Assembly (NCBI RefSeq): GCF_009914755.1
Contig: NC_060947.1
Length of the DNA: 64,000 bases
Reading direction: 5' to 3' (one strand)
Source of the DNA: the human T2T-CHM13v2.0 reference genome, Homo sapiens
The notes below the pieces were generated by a model that saw only the letters and a list, made by a program, of their open reading frames with translations, did not search any database and was not told where the DNA came from. This document shows positions 44,521-62,384 of the stretch, in pieces (positions within the stretch are counted from its first letter, which is position 1; the number at the start of each line of letters is the position of its first letter). Position numbers and translations under genes: made by a program.

Positions 44521-44953
44521 TTATATTATCAACTTCTAGCTCTGACAGTGTAGCTTGCATACGTTCAACTCTTCTACTAAGAACAAATAGAAAATATTAA
44601 TAAAGAAACATCTATTTGAAAAAAATCAGAGAACTACCAGGGCAGCCAGGATGTGACATCCACGATCCAAGAGAGAATGGGAGTGCATTGCTTTTTCACT
44701 TCAGGCATGTGAAAATTGCTAAGCAACACATAAAAAAGAGATTGGAGTGGACTGGAGTACCACAAAGGTGCTTACATTTAAAACTTAGGATGACATTTGA
44801 GAAAAATAAAATCCTTTGGTCACTTTTGAAGGATGCTAAGGAATCAAGTCATTATTTTGAAACTACTAAAGGGAGAGACTTAAGCATGTTTCCTGCTTCT
44901 TTTATAAACTATTGTTTAGGGTAACAAAACAGGTGATAAAAGGAAGATTTTCG

Positions 44954-45276
<323 letters not shown>

Positions 45277-45476
45277 CTATATGGACCTTACACTAACTCC
45301 GTCTCAAAAAAAAAAAAAAAAAGGAAGATTATCTATATGGACCTTACACTAATGGTGGCAGGTAAACAGAGTTCAGTTGCCTAAAGAAGATTCATAGGAC
45401 CCAAAATGGTACTTTTTACACTTTCCCAATTTAATAGAGAAGTAGGATACATTACATTAAATCTTTAAAGTCAGTA

Positions 45477-46030
45477 TGTAACCAAGTCCGAGCTCGTACC
45501 ACTTACTGCATGACAGCCAATAAGTCGTGAGGCAAGGTGTTGGGTCAAGGCAGGTGACTTTATTTGGAAAGCCAGCAAACTGAGTAAATGGCAGACTAGT
45601 GTCCTAAAGAATATCTTAAGTGAGTATGAACTTCAGTCTCTTTCTTATGTTAATTAAGGGAAGGAGGAAGAGGAGGGGGTTGAGATCAAGAGGCGACCAA
45701 TGACCACATACATCAGAACACCAACAAGGGTCCAGGTTGTGAAACTTCTTCATTCTTTGGATGACACAAATCAGGTCACAGTATTCCTATAAATCTTTAA
45801 CATAACACTGTTACTTGTATGTATACTTTCTTATTTCCTCAGAGGTTAATTTCAGGAAAGGGAATGTTGTCATTATTTTTTTCTTTAAAGCTGAGCTATA
45901 AACTTAATTCTTCCTGTAATTAGCTGGTCTGTGTGCAGAGATAAGCAGCATCTTTTAATCTAAAGGAATTACCGCAGGGAGTGTGGGGCAAAGTGGAACC
46001 AATCATGCTAAGCCTCCCTCCACTGCTACT
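45477..46030 (-). mobile_element. ERV1-class solo LTR (MER31/MER67-like)
   Basis: tgtaacc terminus, an antisense polyA signal (tttatt), gccagcaaac...gactagtgtcctaaagaa and caggtcacagtattcctataaatcttt. Confidence 0.7.
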
Positions 46031-47434
46031 AGTTAGTGTCTGCATCAAAACTGAAAGCTTTCTCAAAGCAAGTAAGTTCAAAGAAGCCAGGCACATCATC
46101 ATTTATGAAGTGGTCTAGTAAAAAAAAAAATCCTGAATCTGATCTAGCCTGTCTCAATCTAACTACCAGCTTTCAGGAAATACAGAAGACAAAGGAGCAT
46201 GTTAAATAACACTATGTGGGTATAATTAGCCAAATACATCTTGTAGAAAACTTTGCAGAGTAAAAGGATTCATTTTCTTTAACAAAAATTTGAAAGCAAA
46301 AAATGTTGGGCTAAAGAGTAAACAGATTTAATTGCTCTTAAATTAAACAGATTCTGGTTCAAACAAAATAACTATTAAAATCGTATACAAAAATTGAGGA
46401 AACTCAAACACAATATATATTTAATTACTTTTAAAAATTAGGTGTTATTCTTAAAAGAAAAATGTGGAATAATGGTACAGCAGTTATATATTTTCCAACA
46501 ATTTTATATTTTAAAGATACTGCCTTAGAATGTTAAGATGAAATGCGATAAAGCACATTTCCCAGCACAAAATCAGCACTCAGTAGATGACAGTTTTTTT
46601 TTGAAGTCAAAGAATACATTCACCTTCAAAATCCTTTCTACTTTATTAAAATTTCTTAAATCATCCTATTTAAGGAAAAATAAAAGGAAGTTTTAAATAT
46701 GTGCTAGACTGATGGTCAGAACTTCATCTGGATAGTAGTAATAACAGGCCTAAGTCTTCCTAACGTCCATATAGCTCACTTGTTCAGATTTAAATTGGGA
46801 AAAGCAACAAATTTTTACTTGTTCAACAATTTAACAAATCATTTTTTCTTCCTGTATTCAGAGATCGCAATTATGTAGAATCTTAAACTTGTAATGACAT
46901 TGACATAATATTTTTAATGTGATAATGATCATTTTGTATATTTTGAGGAATTCTACTTCATTTATTTTTGTTCAGTTTTTCAAGTGGAGAGAAAATACCT
47001 TTGCCTAGAGCAGAACATTTAGCATGGACTGAGTTACTATTACTCTTATAAAAACCTGTAGAATAATCTCTGTCCTCATTGAAAGGTAATCATTTTTATA
47101 TGAGGGAAATAATTCTTGTAAAGAAAAGATATTCATATATCTATCTTATGTGAGGTAATACTGCAGACACTGTTGTGATTTGATGCATAATATATACACA
47201 AAAGTTATAGATTCCATACAATGAAAAACATTCAAAATATATTATTTACTTCTGAATGAGGCTTAACCATCTGGCATTCCTTATAATAAATGAATGGAAA
47301 CACATGTTTAATGAAATACTGGCATTTATAATTTGCTTTTGAAATAACACTATCAATGGTTTAATCATATTTCAAAATTTCATTCAGATACTATTTTAAA
47401 AAGACTCCAATCTGATTCCTGAGTGGATTTTTAG

Positions 47435-47590
47435 GCAAGGGATGAGAAATTACTTAATGGGTACAATGTACACTATTTGGGTGGTGGTTACATTAGAAGC
47501 CCAGACTTCAACACTAAACAATAGATCCATCTAACAAAACTGCACTTGTACCCCTTAAATTTTTACAAATATATTTTTAAAAACACATAA
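47435..47590 (+). mobile_element. L1PB-type 3' end
   Basis: gatgagaaattacttaatgggtacaatgtacactatttggg...aaaactgcacttgtacccc. Confidence 0.85.
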
Positions 47591-47760
47591 AAATATGTTC
47601 AAAAAATAATCTAAGTGTTAGGCTCTAAAATATTCCCTAACATCTCAGCTTTCTGGTGTACACAACATGTATAATCCCTGAGACTGGAAATATGATGGAT
47701 TTTGCTCCTGTGATTAGATAGTGTTATTTGTCACAGTTGGACTTTAAGAAACAGAGATTA

Positions 47761-48062
<302 letters not shown>

Positions 48063-48066
48063 TGCT

Positions 48067-48352
<286 letters not shown>

Positions 48353-49492
48353 TTATCACATGAGCCCTTTAAACATGGGTCTAGAGGTCAGAGTCAGAGT
48401 AATTCAGAGATTTGAACAAAGAGAGAAGATTCTCCACTTCTGGCTTTGATGATGGAGGGAGCTACACTGCAAGTAGAGAAAGCAGACACTAGGAACTCAG
48501 AGTGGCCACTAGGAGCTGAGAGTGTCTCCTGGCCTACAGCCAGGAAGAAACTAAATTCTGACAAACTCAATGTACTTAGAAGAGAATCCTGAGCTGCAGA
48601 TGAGAATGTAGCCAGTGGACACCTTGGTTTCAGCTTTGTGATACCCTAAGCAGAATACCCAGCCACACTGTGCCCAGGCTTCTGACTTACAAAACTGAGC
48701 TAATAAATGAGCGGTTTTTTTGTTTTTTTGTTTGTTTGTTTTGTTTTTTTTAAGCCACTAAGTTTGTGAAAGTTTGTTACACCAAATTAGAAGACTAATA
48801 CATCTGGTAAGACATAAATACAAAGGAACGCTAAAATTCTATAAGTAGAAAGAATATCATGTATCTTTTTAAAAATTTACCTATAAGGTAGCATATTCTG
48901 ACATTTCTTTGTTCTTCAAAATTATAAACCTATTTTTCTATGTGCACTTTGAGGATGAGTATTTGGCAAAGCAACAATTGCATCAATTATTATGTTATTA
49001 TCTATGGAGGGCAGTAGTGCTTTCAGAGCCTTTTGAGGACGGGCAGTTCTTAATGCATAGCTATGGATTGCATTCTGTAACAATTGTGCTGAATGGCTTC
49101 CTAGAATTCCAGAGTTGTGCCTTTCTTCCTTTAAGTTTAATTTTCCTTGGAGAGGTTAGAAGTTACTAGTTAAGATCAAAGGGTGAAATGATTGGGTATG
49201 CTGTGTACTGGGGAGATTATGGCAGATTGAATGCTTCTCCTGAGGCTCCAGGGTGATTTCTAGGAGTAAGCTATTACTTTGTTCTTTGCTGCATTTCCAA
49301 ATGCCAAGTGGATAGGACTAGACTCTAGTAGGTAAAGTCTCTGGGGGCCTATCTATTAAGAAGTTTCAGTGCAAAGGTGAAGTTTTGCCTAAGGAGGGCA
49401 TCATCAAAAACACCTTTAGATGGTGAAAAACTCTTTAAATAGTTTTCAAGACTATGCATGCAATTAAGTAATTTTTTTCTGAGAGTGTATAG

Positions 49493-49825
49493 TAGCAGTC
49501 CCCAACCTTTTTGGCACCAGGGACAGGTTTTGTGGAAGACAATTTTTTCATGGATGGAGGGTTGTTGTTTTCGGGATGAAACTCTTCCACCTCAGATCAT
49601 CAGGCATTAGATTCTCATAAGGATTGTGCGACGTAGATCCCTTACATGCACAGTTCACCATAGGGTTCATGGTCCTATGAGAATCTAATGCCACCACTGT
49701 TGTGACAGGAGGCGGAGCTCAGGCAGTTATGCTAACTCACCTGCCAGTTATCTTCTGCTGTGCAGCCCTGTTCCTAACAGGCCACAGACCCTTATGGTCA
49801 GCTTCCCAGGGGTTGGGAACCCCTG
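49493..49825. mobile_element. MER1B hAT element
   Basis: TIRs agcagtccccaacc and ggttgggaacccctg. Perfect 8-bp TSD gtgtatag. Confidence 0.95.
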
Positions 49826-50337
49826 GTGTATAGAATGTATACAAGGGTTTTGTGAGGACAAGAATGTATTTTGCTAGTCTGCTCAAGCATTGGCAACCAA
49901 AATGTAAAAGGTATTATGGAGTACTAGTGATTTGTTTATTGTTAAGTACAGTTTATCTGCTGGTGCAAGGATAATTCTATTTCTGTTTTCGACTATATTT
50001 AGGGACATACAGGGATATAATATAAGTTTTCCTCAAAAGATAATAAAACTTAATTTAGTAAAGTGTATTTTTATGAAGCCTAAAGAGATCTTAATCCATA
50101 CATTTAATTTTACAGATCTATCTCATTTTCCTCCAATTATCCTTTAAGTCTGCTGAAGTTGTCTTGTATCTACAAATTTGTCCATGTTACTCTTGATTTA
50201 AATCAAAATATGTTTAGCATGTATTCACATTCCCAAATACACTTCTGTTTTTCTCCCTCTTTCTCTCCCTTTCTTTTATCTTCCCCCCTTTCTATTTATC
50301 TACACCATATATAATTCTCATTTTACCTAACTATATA

Positions 50338-50591
50338 CAGTCGACTGTCTGTATCTGTGGGTTTTAAATCTATGGATTCAATCAACTGCAGATCAAAAAT
50401 ACTTGAAAAAATATTATGTATGTACTGAACATGTACACACTTTTTAAATTGTTATCATTATTCTCTATACAATACAGTATAACAACTATGTACTTAGCAT
50501 TTACATTTTATTATTTGTTATAAGTAATCTAGAGATGGTTTAAAGTATAGAGGAGGTTGTGCGTAGGTTACGTGTAAATATTATACATTTT
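50338..50591 (-). mobile_element. MER2, left part
   Basis: TA, then cagtcgactgtctgtatctgtgggtt...taatctagagatggtttaaagtata...taggttacgtgtaaata. Confidence 0.9.
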
Positions 50592-50886
50592 CCTAAGTTT
50601 TATAATGTTTTACTTAGCTTATATGTGCATATGATGGAAAGCTTTCCAAGGCATTATATATATGTATACAGCATCATTTTTAACAACTGTGAAAAATTTC
50701 ATTGTATAGTAGATTTCACAGCTTTCTGTATTGACTTATATTACCAACACATTTTTTGATTTAAGGAAGCTCATCTTGAGAAAGAGAAGTAAATGTTAAA
50801 TCTATCAAATATAGTAGTGTATTCATAGCAACCACCTAATTAATATTATTGAGAGAATTTGGTGAGCTTATCTCAGGAAAAGCTAC

Positions 50887-54325
<3,439 letters not shown>

Positions 54326-54419
54326 CACCATTTTATATAAGGAACTTGAGCATTCTCAGATTTTGATATTCATGGGGGATTCCTGGAACAAATTCCCCAC
54401 AAATACCAAAGAGCAACTG
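54326..54419 (-). mobile_element. MER2, right part
   Basis: ccattttatataaggaacttgagcat...gattttgatattcatggggg..tcctggaac...gcaactg continues the 50338-50591 piece. Confidence 0.9.
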
Positions 54420-55379
54420 TGTATTCCAAGTGGGAGCCATTGTACCAAAAGATATCAGTTGAATCTTTACTTGATATTTTCAGAATTTTACTACGGCCAT
54501 TAAATGTTGTATCCCAAGACTTATTTTGTTTTTTGAAATGTGTCTGCATCTACATTTTTTACCTTATATTTTAGTCCAGGGTGTGCACTGTGTTCATTAA
54601 ACATATTTTGTTCTGTGCCCAGCACTGTACCATGGACCCATGGCTGCTTTTTATATGATGATGATAACACTAACTTAATGACCTGAGAATAGGATAAGGA
54701 AAATATCCTTTGGCCTTTAAACCTGTCTCTGAAGCCTCTCCTAGCATTATAGCCTTTAGCAAATGAACTCCAAATCTGTTTCCTAATCTATAACTTTCCA
54801 CCTTAGAGGCAATTTTGTGGAATTAATAATATGTGAATCACTTTGAAATCCACAGATAAAAAGTCCTCTCTAAATTCTAAGGATTGGTTTAATTATACCA
54901 TAGGGGACATTTGGGTTTATATTAGAAAGCATGCATATTTATAGCTTTTTATTTTAATGCTGGCTATTTTAGCTGAATAAGCTATTTTTACTGCTGAAGA
55001 TGCCTGGTATTATTTTTTTTAATAATTTTAAAAGATATAAATAGTTTACTATAGCAATTAAACCCAAAGGTCAAATATGTCTCACACATAAAAGGGATGA
55101 ACGTATTATCAATCCTTTTTAATGAAACAGTACATATCATTAGTATATTGTAGACTTCTTATTCTATGAATAGAGATTCATTTAAGTAAAGAGCCTAACA
55201 TGGTCCTATTTGTATATAATACCCTGATATGTGGGTTTGTGTGATCATTAAGAAGTAGTGTTGGGTGAAGAGTTTTTCCTATTTTCTTCAATCCCATTTT
55301 ATAGACGCTGTAAAAAAGATGGTTTAAAACATCTGTTTCTTATTTAATCCATGTGTGATAGTACACACACATTGCATGG

Positions 55380-55650
55380 AAGCTGATAATGCACCAAGCA
55401 TATAAAATGAATTATAATTCTATTCCTATAGCACGTGAATCTACTGAGGCAGTCAGAAAATAAGCAGATCATTTAAACACAACTAGTTCTATAAGAGTGG
55501 TTTGAACACAATGCTAATAAAGGTCGTGTAGGAGAGAGAAACGCTCTCTCTTTGGTGTCTAGAAAAATTTCAAAGAGGAAATGTTTGACCTGGAGCTGGA
55601 GAGAATAAAAGTTATGTATGTGTTTAAGGAAAACAGGCATCACATATCAG
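55380..55650 (-). mobile_element. L2 relic
   Basis: tttcaaagaggaaatgtttgacctggagctggagagaata resembles antisense L2. Confidence 0.4.
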
Positions 55651-57249
55651 AATTTCGAGAAAATAATATATCCCTGATTTTGTTTAAACAGAGAGGAAGG
55701 TCATCCATGTAGTTGTATTTGAGGGATTTCTTACTATTATACATCTCTTCTGCCTTTCCCTCTTTACACCTGACATGTGAATGTAGGGACTCACATATGT
55801 GTACTATGCTGTAACACTCATGGATATTTGCTTTCCATAGCTATTTCTCTCCCTCCTCCTAGTTGACAGCAAAGTCTGCCTTACATGATGGAAGCTAAAA
55901 TGGCATATTTTCCTGGTCCTAGCCACTCTTGCTGCTAAATGACATGAGTGATAACAAAAACCAAACTAAACCGCCTATCTACTTGACATGGGTTATATAT
56001 GGATGTGACGTCTGCATTCCCTGAATCTCAGTATGAGGTAATAACCCTGAGGATGAAATATCAGTACTCTGTGTGTGGAAGATAATTTTGGCGGGACCCT
56101 GAGTACTTGATGACATCAGTAAATGTCTAAATACATCCTGGAAACTCTTCTTTCCAGGCTCCTTGGTAAGTAAGATAACTACTGTACTTGCTGTCAAAAC
56201 TAAACTAATACTAATAGATATATTTATTAATACATACTCTCTATGACAGTTTACTAGATGATTTTATGTTAATCACAAATGGTTTGATTGATATATTTTA
56301 GAGTATATACTTCAACATAGAGCATTAACAATAGGATTAACAAATAGCTAATATTTTAAAAGAACATTTGATGAGGAAATATATTTACAGATTCTAAAGA
56401 ATAACACAAGGTTATTGTTATTTTTAGTACATTTCATTGCTAATGATGACTCACAGGAACAAAATGGCATGGCTTATGGATCTTCAGTTTATTTGGAGAA
56501 AAGGATATAATAGGGCAATGGCATTAAAGCCAGGCTATGCATTACTGCCAAAGACTGTCTCACAATAGGGTCTGAAGAGGCTAGATTCCAGCGCCAATTC
56601 TCCTCCTTCTGTAAAAGCCATCCCAAGACATACTTTCTCTTAGGAACCATTTATCTGTATATAGAACACCATGAAACCAAGAAGCCCAAAATGGAGTCTC
56701 AGCTGGGACTTCTTATATTCTGTTGTTCACATAGGCATATTCTTGCTATATAATCGGCTCTAATGTCAGAGCCCTCTGATGATGCCTTGGGGGATTGGTG
56801 GAGCGGTGTCTCCCCTAAACCAAATGTAAACCATCACGCTCAGTGTAATCAGTAAATTATGCTGACCAGTCAGTCCAAACTTTCAAAACTCCTCTTAAAC
56901 TCATAGTTACAAACCAACACTATTAATCAATACGTTTAATGCTTTGGCCATTAGTCAGTGTTGGGCAGGTGCATTTCTTACTCAGCAAAACAGCTCAGGC
57001 CAATTTCAGGCCTGCTGGAATTAACCTTCACAGCACAGGATACATGACAAAGTCCACAATTAAAATTTTACCTAAAACAAATTATATGTGCCACAATATA
57101 CATATCTGTAAACAATAGGTTGTCTTGAGATAAGTTATCTTCAAACATTCTGAAAAGCAAATTTAATTTTTTTTCAGAAGAAAACCTGTTAGATAGGAAG
57201 AATTATACAAATGTAAAATACTACTATTTACTGCTATTTGGTATACTAT

Positions 57250-58942
57250 AGCTAGTCCTCATACATTTTGGTCTCAGGACCACTTTACACTCCTAAGTAT
57301 TATTGAAATTCCTCAAAGAGCTTTTTTTTTTGTGGCAGTATATATGTTAATATTTACCATATTAGAAATTAAAACAGAAATCTAAAAATACTTTTGAAAG
57401 AACTATATTTAACAACACAAAATAAAACATTAGTCAAAGAGTAGCATTGCTTTACATTTTTGCAAATGTTTTAAATGTCTAGCCTAATAGAAGACAGGTG
57501 GATTCTCATATATACTTCTATGTTCAATCTGTTATGATATGCTGCTTTGGTAGGATTAAGTATATGAACAAAATATTGCCTCTCATAGATAAGTATTTGG
57601 AAAAGGGAGAAATATTTTAATAGTCATTTAATGTAATTTTGGATACTCTTCTTTAATACTACACTGAAACTTCATAAGTGATGATTTCATAAAAGTAAGC
57701 AGCAATGTGAAATTTGAAACCATATCAGTAGACTCCTTGTACTCTGTTACACCTGGGACTTTTAATGTATGTTTTATACATATATGATTTTGCATTGGTC
57801 ATTGGAAAACGTTGGTTCACTGACATTTCATTATGTAACATAAAAATTATATTAATTCATCAGCAGTCTCATCAGAAAAATCTAGGTATTGGGAAGCTGT
57901 GAAGTTTATGTAAGCTTCCAATTACAAAATTTCTAAAATTTGAATTTTTGCATAAAATCTCAAAATGATTCATTGGCAACAAATATTGTCAGGTTTTTTG
58001 TTGAAGTTGTGGGCTCACTGTGATCATTTTGAGCCTTCCAAGTCAACGTCTTCCAAAGTCTTCCAAGTACCCAAGTTTGAATAACCATTACTTATCTGTC
58101 AGTAGTACTTTCAGGCACAAATAATGTTCCATGAAAAAAGCAAAATAAGTACTTCACCTCTCAAAATACCACACAAATGTTTTTCCTTGAGACAACCATT
58201 GTAATTCAATACCTGGCAAAAGTGCTTTGGGTTTACTTCCCATTTTAACACACAAAATGTTGAAAGATATTGATATGGTTAGGCTTTGTGTCCTCACCCA
58301 AATCTCATCTTGAATTGTAATCTCCATAATCCCCATAATCCCCATGTGTCAAGGGAGAGAACACGTAAAGGTAATTGAATCATGGGGGCAGTTTTCCCCA
58401 TGTTGTTCTTGTGATAGTGAGTGAGTTCTAACAAGATATGATAGCTTTGTAAAGGGCTCTTCCCCCTTCAGTTGGCCCTTCTCCTACCTGCTGCCTTGGA
58501 AAGAAGGTGCCTTGCTTCCCCTTCGTCTTCCACCATGATTGTAAGTTTCCTGAGACCTCCCCAGACATGCTGAACTGTGAGTCAATTCAACCCCTTTCCT
58601 TTATATATTGCCCAGTCTAGGGCAGTTCTTTATAGCAGTATGAAAATGGACTAATATAGATATTTAATCAAGATTTTATGAAATTAATATTTTCCTACTT
58701 TTTCCAGGACATTCTTAAATGAAACCAGAATTTTCTTTTTAGTACTGTGCATACACTTTGGTGCCACTGCCTTGATTTGTCCTAAGGTGCTAGCACTTTT
58801 ATCTACTGTTGCTTTTGTAACTTCCATACAAATATTAACACAGTGAAAAAGACAAATAATTCTTTGCATTTTCTTAACTCACCAACTACCTGTACAAGTC
58901 TCATCAATGCCTGTGATTCTGTGGACCATATTTAGAGGGCCA
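57250..58942. mobile_element. Charlie1-type hAT transposon relic, split by THE1D
   Basis: ttttggtctcaggaccactttacactc, tttacatttttgcaaat...taatagaagacag and the end gtggaccatattt. Confidence 0.85.
58271..58658 (+). mobile_element. THE1D solo LTR
   Basis: tgatatggttaggctttgtgtc...ggcagttctttatagcagtatgaaaatggactaatata. Perfect 5-bp TSD gatat. Confidence 0.95.
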
Positions 58943-59684
58943 TGTGCCTAAAGAGAGAAGCCTAAAGTCTGATTCTAAAAATATAGATTCAAGTTCTGAG
59001 TCTATAGTTTTCTAGCTATCATGTGCAAATCAATGAGCCATTTTGGGGAACGTATTTTTCCTCAAAGTTAATAGGTTCAATTTTAAGAACAAAATGATAT
59101 GATGTAAAGGAACATTTTATGTGAAGTAAAACAATGCTAAGAAAGTACATTTTAGTTATTACCACCACCACTGTCTTTGCATGAATACATAAAGCAGATA
59201 GTAGTGTATCTTTAATATTTAGATATGCCAGTGCTGTGTGTTGGCAATACAATGTTATATAACACATTTTATGTAAACACTTAAGCAATCAAGTTTGAAA
59301 GGATGACACAACTCCCTTTATTTTTCACACTGTTGACGCATTAGTAACAGTAACACCTTTGGCATCTCTGTATCATTTGAAATATCTGGTTACAAACAGC
59401 CCATTATCAGAAATAAAACATGACTCTCAAGAGATCATTATTATACACATTGAACTTGCAACACATCAGTCCATAAGAGCCTACCTAGAAGAACTATACG
59501 GAGTTCCTCTTTTCTGGTTTTTCTTTCTCCTTCTGTCTCATAATTATGCCTTAGCCTGTTTGCCCATCTACGTTCCATCAGGAGCCTTGCCTATTATTCA
59601 GCTCACTTCATTTGTTTTCTTCTTGGTGGAGAAGCATTCATGTATTTAGGGTCCTTTCTCAAAGTAAAACGTCTGCTAGACCAA

Positions 59685-59868
59685 GACATCTTAATCTTTA
59701 GATGCATAAGAAACACCTGGAAAGATTTTTAAACCAATTAATCCTTGGGATTCTCCCCAACCCCATGAGATTCTGACTCCTCAAGTAGGACTCATGAATT
59801 TGTATTTGTAAAACATCTCAGGTTATATTGATGTTGCTAATCTCAGGACCACATTTTCAGTAGCACTG
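59685..59868. mobile_element. MER5A-like hAT relic
   Basis: gatgcataagaaacacctgg...agattctgact...ggaccacattttcagtagcactg. Confidence 0.7.
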
Positions 59869-61310
59869 TACTAGACAAACAAACTTTTCTCCTTCTAATA
59901 TAGAACACCTTAAAAATATGCTTCAGATGCGTTAAAATGCTAACAGTCATTATCTCTTTGTCTTACCAAGATCAGCTGGCATATAGGGCAGGGAAGCAGA
60001 TGAAATCCACATTCCAGATATTTTTAAAAAGTAGACTCAAAGGGATAAATAGTTCCTTAATGATGGCATTGAATTGATAGTTTTCATTTGACCATAAATG
60101 AATGAAAGTGATAGCTTGCTTGTTAAAATAAACAACTGATTATAATTAATTTAATTTTCCCTTTGTCTTCTTCTAAAGTCTCTAATAGGCTCATGGTTTC
60201 ACCCAATTACTTGACAAAGAATGGCAAAGTTTCTGTTGACTAATTTTCTTCTCCTTGCATTTTTGTTCCTTTATATTTGTTTAATAGGTTGCATATTTCA
60301 AGGCTTGAATTTCTAGAAATTATCCCTTTGACTTCATGATAGTGAAGTAATTAGTACTCTTTAGTGATAAACCATTTTCACAAGTGTATTAGTCTAAAAG
60401 AAAACATTTCTAAATGTGTCATTGGAAAGAAATCAAAGATCTGTAAAAGATCTTTGTCAGAGGAGAACTTGAGTGGCTCAGTTCTTCTAATAGCCTTTTA
60501 ATTTGGAAAGAAGTCTTATGGGAGTTAGTTATGAAATGTTCACATGATAGTCTGTAAAAATGTATTGGAGAATTAAAACAAATGGTTATTTTATGATTAT
60601 TTTTGAAAACATAAAGCTCAAACTGGTAATTGAAACTAACTCTAACTTTCCACTAGAAAAACTATGCCAAAAGACCTAACCCATCTTGCTGAGAATTTTT
60701 ATATAAGAATATAGCACAAATGCCAATGGCATCTATGAATGAGATGCAATCATGCAAGGGTGGGGTTGGGGGAGAGGAGTAGAGAAACAGTAGTTATTTA
60801 CTAAAAATGTTTTAATAATGGGGTTTGTACTAAGTGACATTACCTGAAATTGCTTTAAAATCAATAATATTTTGAACACTAGGATGTAGCTCTCAATATT
60901 GTGTAAATATTCAAGACAATGTATAAAGGTGATGGATGAGAGCAAGCATTCTCTTCACATATTTGAGAAAACTTACCTGATGCCAATAAATTACTTCTTT
61001 CAGGGCTTTAACAGCCAAAAATATCTCATTAATTCAATAACTATAAAATTTAGAGAGTTTCTGTATTTCATTTTTTATAACAGGGTATTGTATACACATG
61101 CACTTCTAGAATTAAGACTTTTAAATGCCTTAATGTTATACCTTTCTTATAACTTCTTTGTAAGGGGACATCAGCAAATACTTTTGGAGAAAGGAGACAC
61201 ATGAGGTAAGTCTTCATGGATTAATTGGACAAAATTGGATGAGGGAAGGAATAGGATATCCCAAAGCAGAGATCACAGAAAATGTGTTATAATCTTTAGC
61301 TCATTGTTAA

Positions 61311-62374
61311 TGTTACTGAGAAGTGTGGGAATCCTTGGTTCTTAGTCTCACTTGGGAGAAATAATTTTGCCAAGTGACTAATTTAGCCAAAAAAAGAGAG
61401 AATTTATTGAAGGAAAATAGAGAGCAGAGAGTTTATATAGAGAGAAACAGTACATTCTGAAAGATGAAGCAGTGTGGGTTGCTGAAAAGGAGTGAGCCAG
61501 CAGCACTCCAAGAGTTTTGCACTGGGTTTTTATGATGTCAGATTTTTTTTTGAAGTTACTGCTCTAAGTCTCTACTTTTTTTTTTTGGCAAGTTTTCCCA
61601 CTACTGCCTTAAGTCCTTGCTTTTTCTCCACCTAGTTATCACCCCAGGCTTGTGAGGCCCTCCCTTACAATTAGTTGGTGTGCATGTGTGGGCCTGGTGT
61701 TGGATATTAATTTTGCCTGCATATTTCTTAGGAATTTCCGTTTTTGCCCTCTTCCCCTATATTAGTCCATTTTCATACTCCTATAAAGAACTGCCTGACA
61801 CTGGGTAATTTATAAAGGAAAGAGGTTTAATTGACTCACAGTTCAGCATGGTTGGTGAGGCCTCAGGAAATTTACAGTCATGGCAGAAGGTGAGGAGGAA
61901 GCAAGGCACCTTCTTCACAAGGTGGCAGAAAGGAGAAGTTCCCAGCAAAGAAGGAAGATTCCTTATAAACCCATCAGATTTCATGAGAACTCACTCACTG
62001 TCATGAGAACTGCAGGTGGGGAAACCGCCCCCATGATTTAATTACCTCCACTTGGTCTCTCCCTTGACACGTGGGGATTATGGGGATTATAGGGATTACA
62101 ATTCAAGATGAGATTTGGGTGCGGACACAAAGCCTAACCATATCACCCCCCTTATCAGCATGTACCTAGCAACATTCTGACAGGTTAACTAAAGAGTCAG
62201 AGATTACTGGGAATCTTAATGGGTGTTTCTTCCTGCATAGGTATTTCCCCACCTCTCTGCTCATATACAGCATACAGATTTTGGATACTTTCTGGGGTAT
62301 GAGATTTTCCAGACTTCCCTTTTCTCAGGGGCTCCCCTCTCCTGCTCATGTCTAGCTGTCTGCCTACTCTAACA
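61311..62374 (-). mobile_element. ERV1-class solo LTR (MER50-like), split by THE1D
   Basis: Termini tgtta and taaca with a 4-bp TSD ttaa. Reverse-complement start tgttagagtaggcagacagctagacatgagcagg. Confidence 0.82.
61758..62145 (-). mobile_element. THE1D solo LTR
   Basis: attagtccattttcatact...aaagcctaaccatatca. TSD tcccc/ccccc. Confidence 0.95.
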
Positions 62375-62384
62375 TTAATACAGC

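Noticed and set aside
58271-62145. Two THE1D LTRs as the ends of one provirus
   Set aside because: They are in opposite orientation, have separate TSDs, and enclose no THE1 internal sequence.
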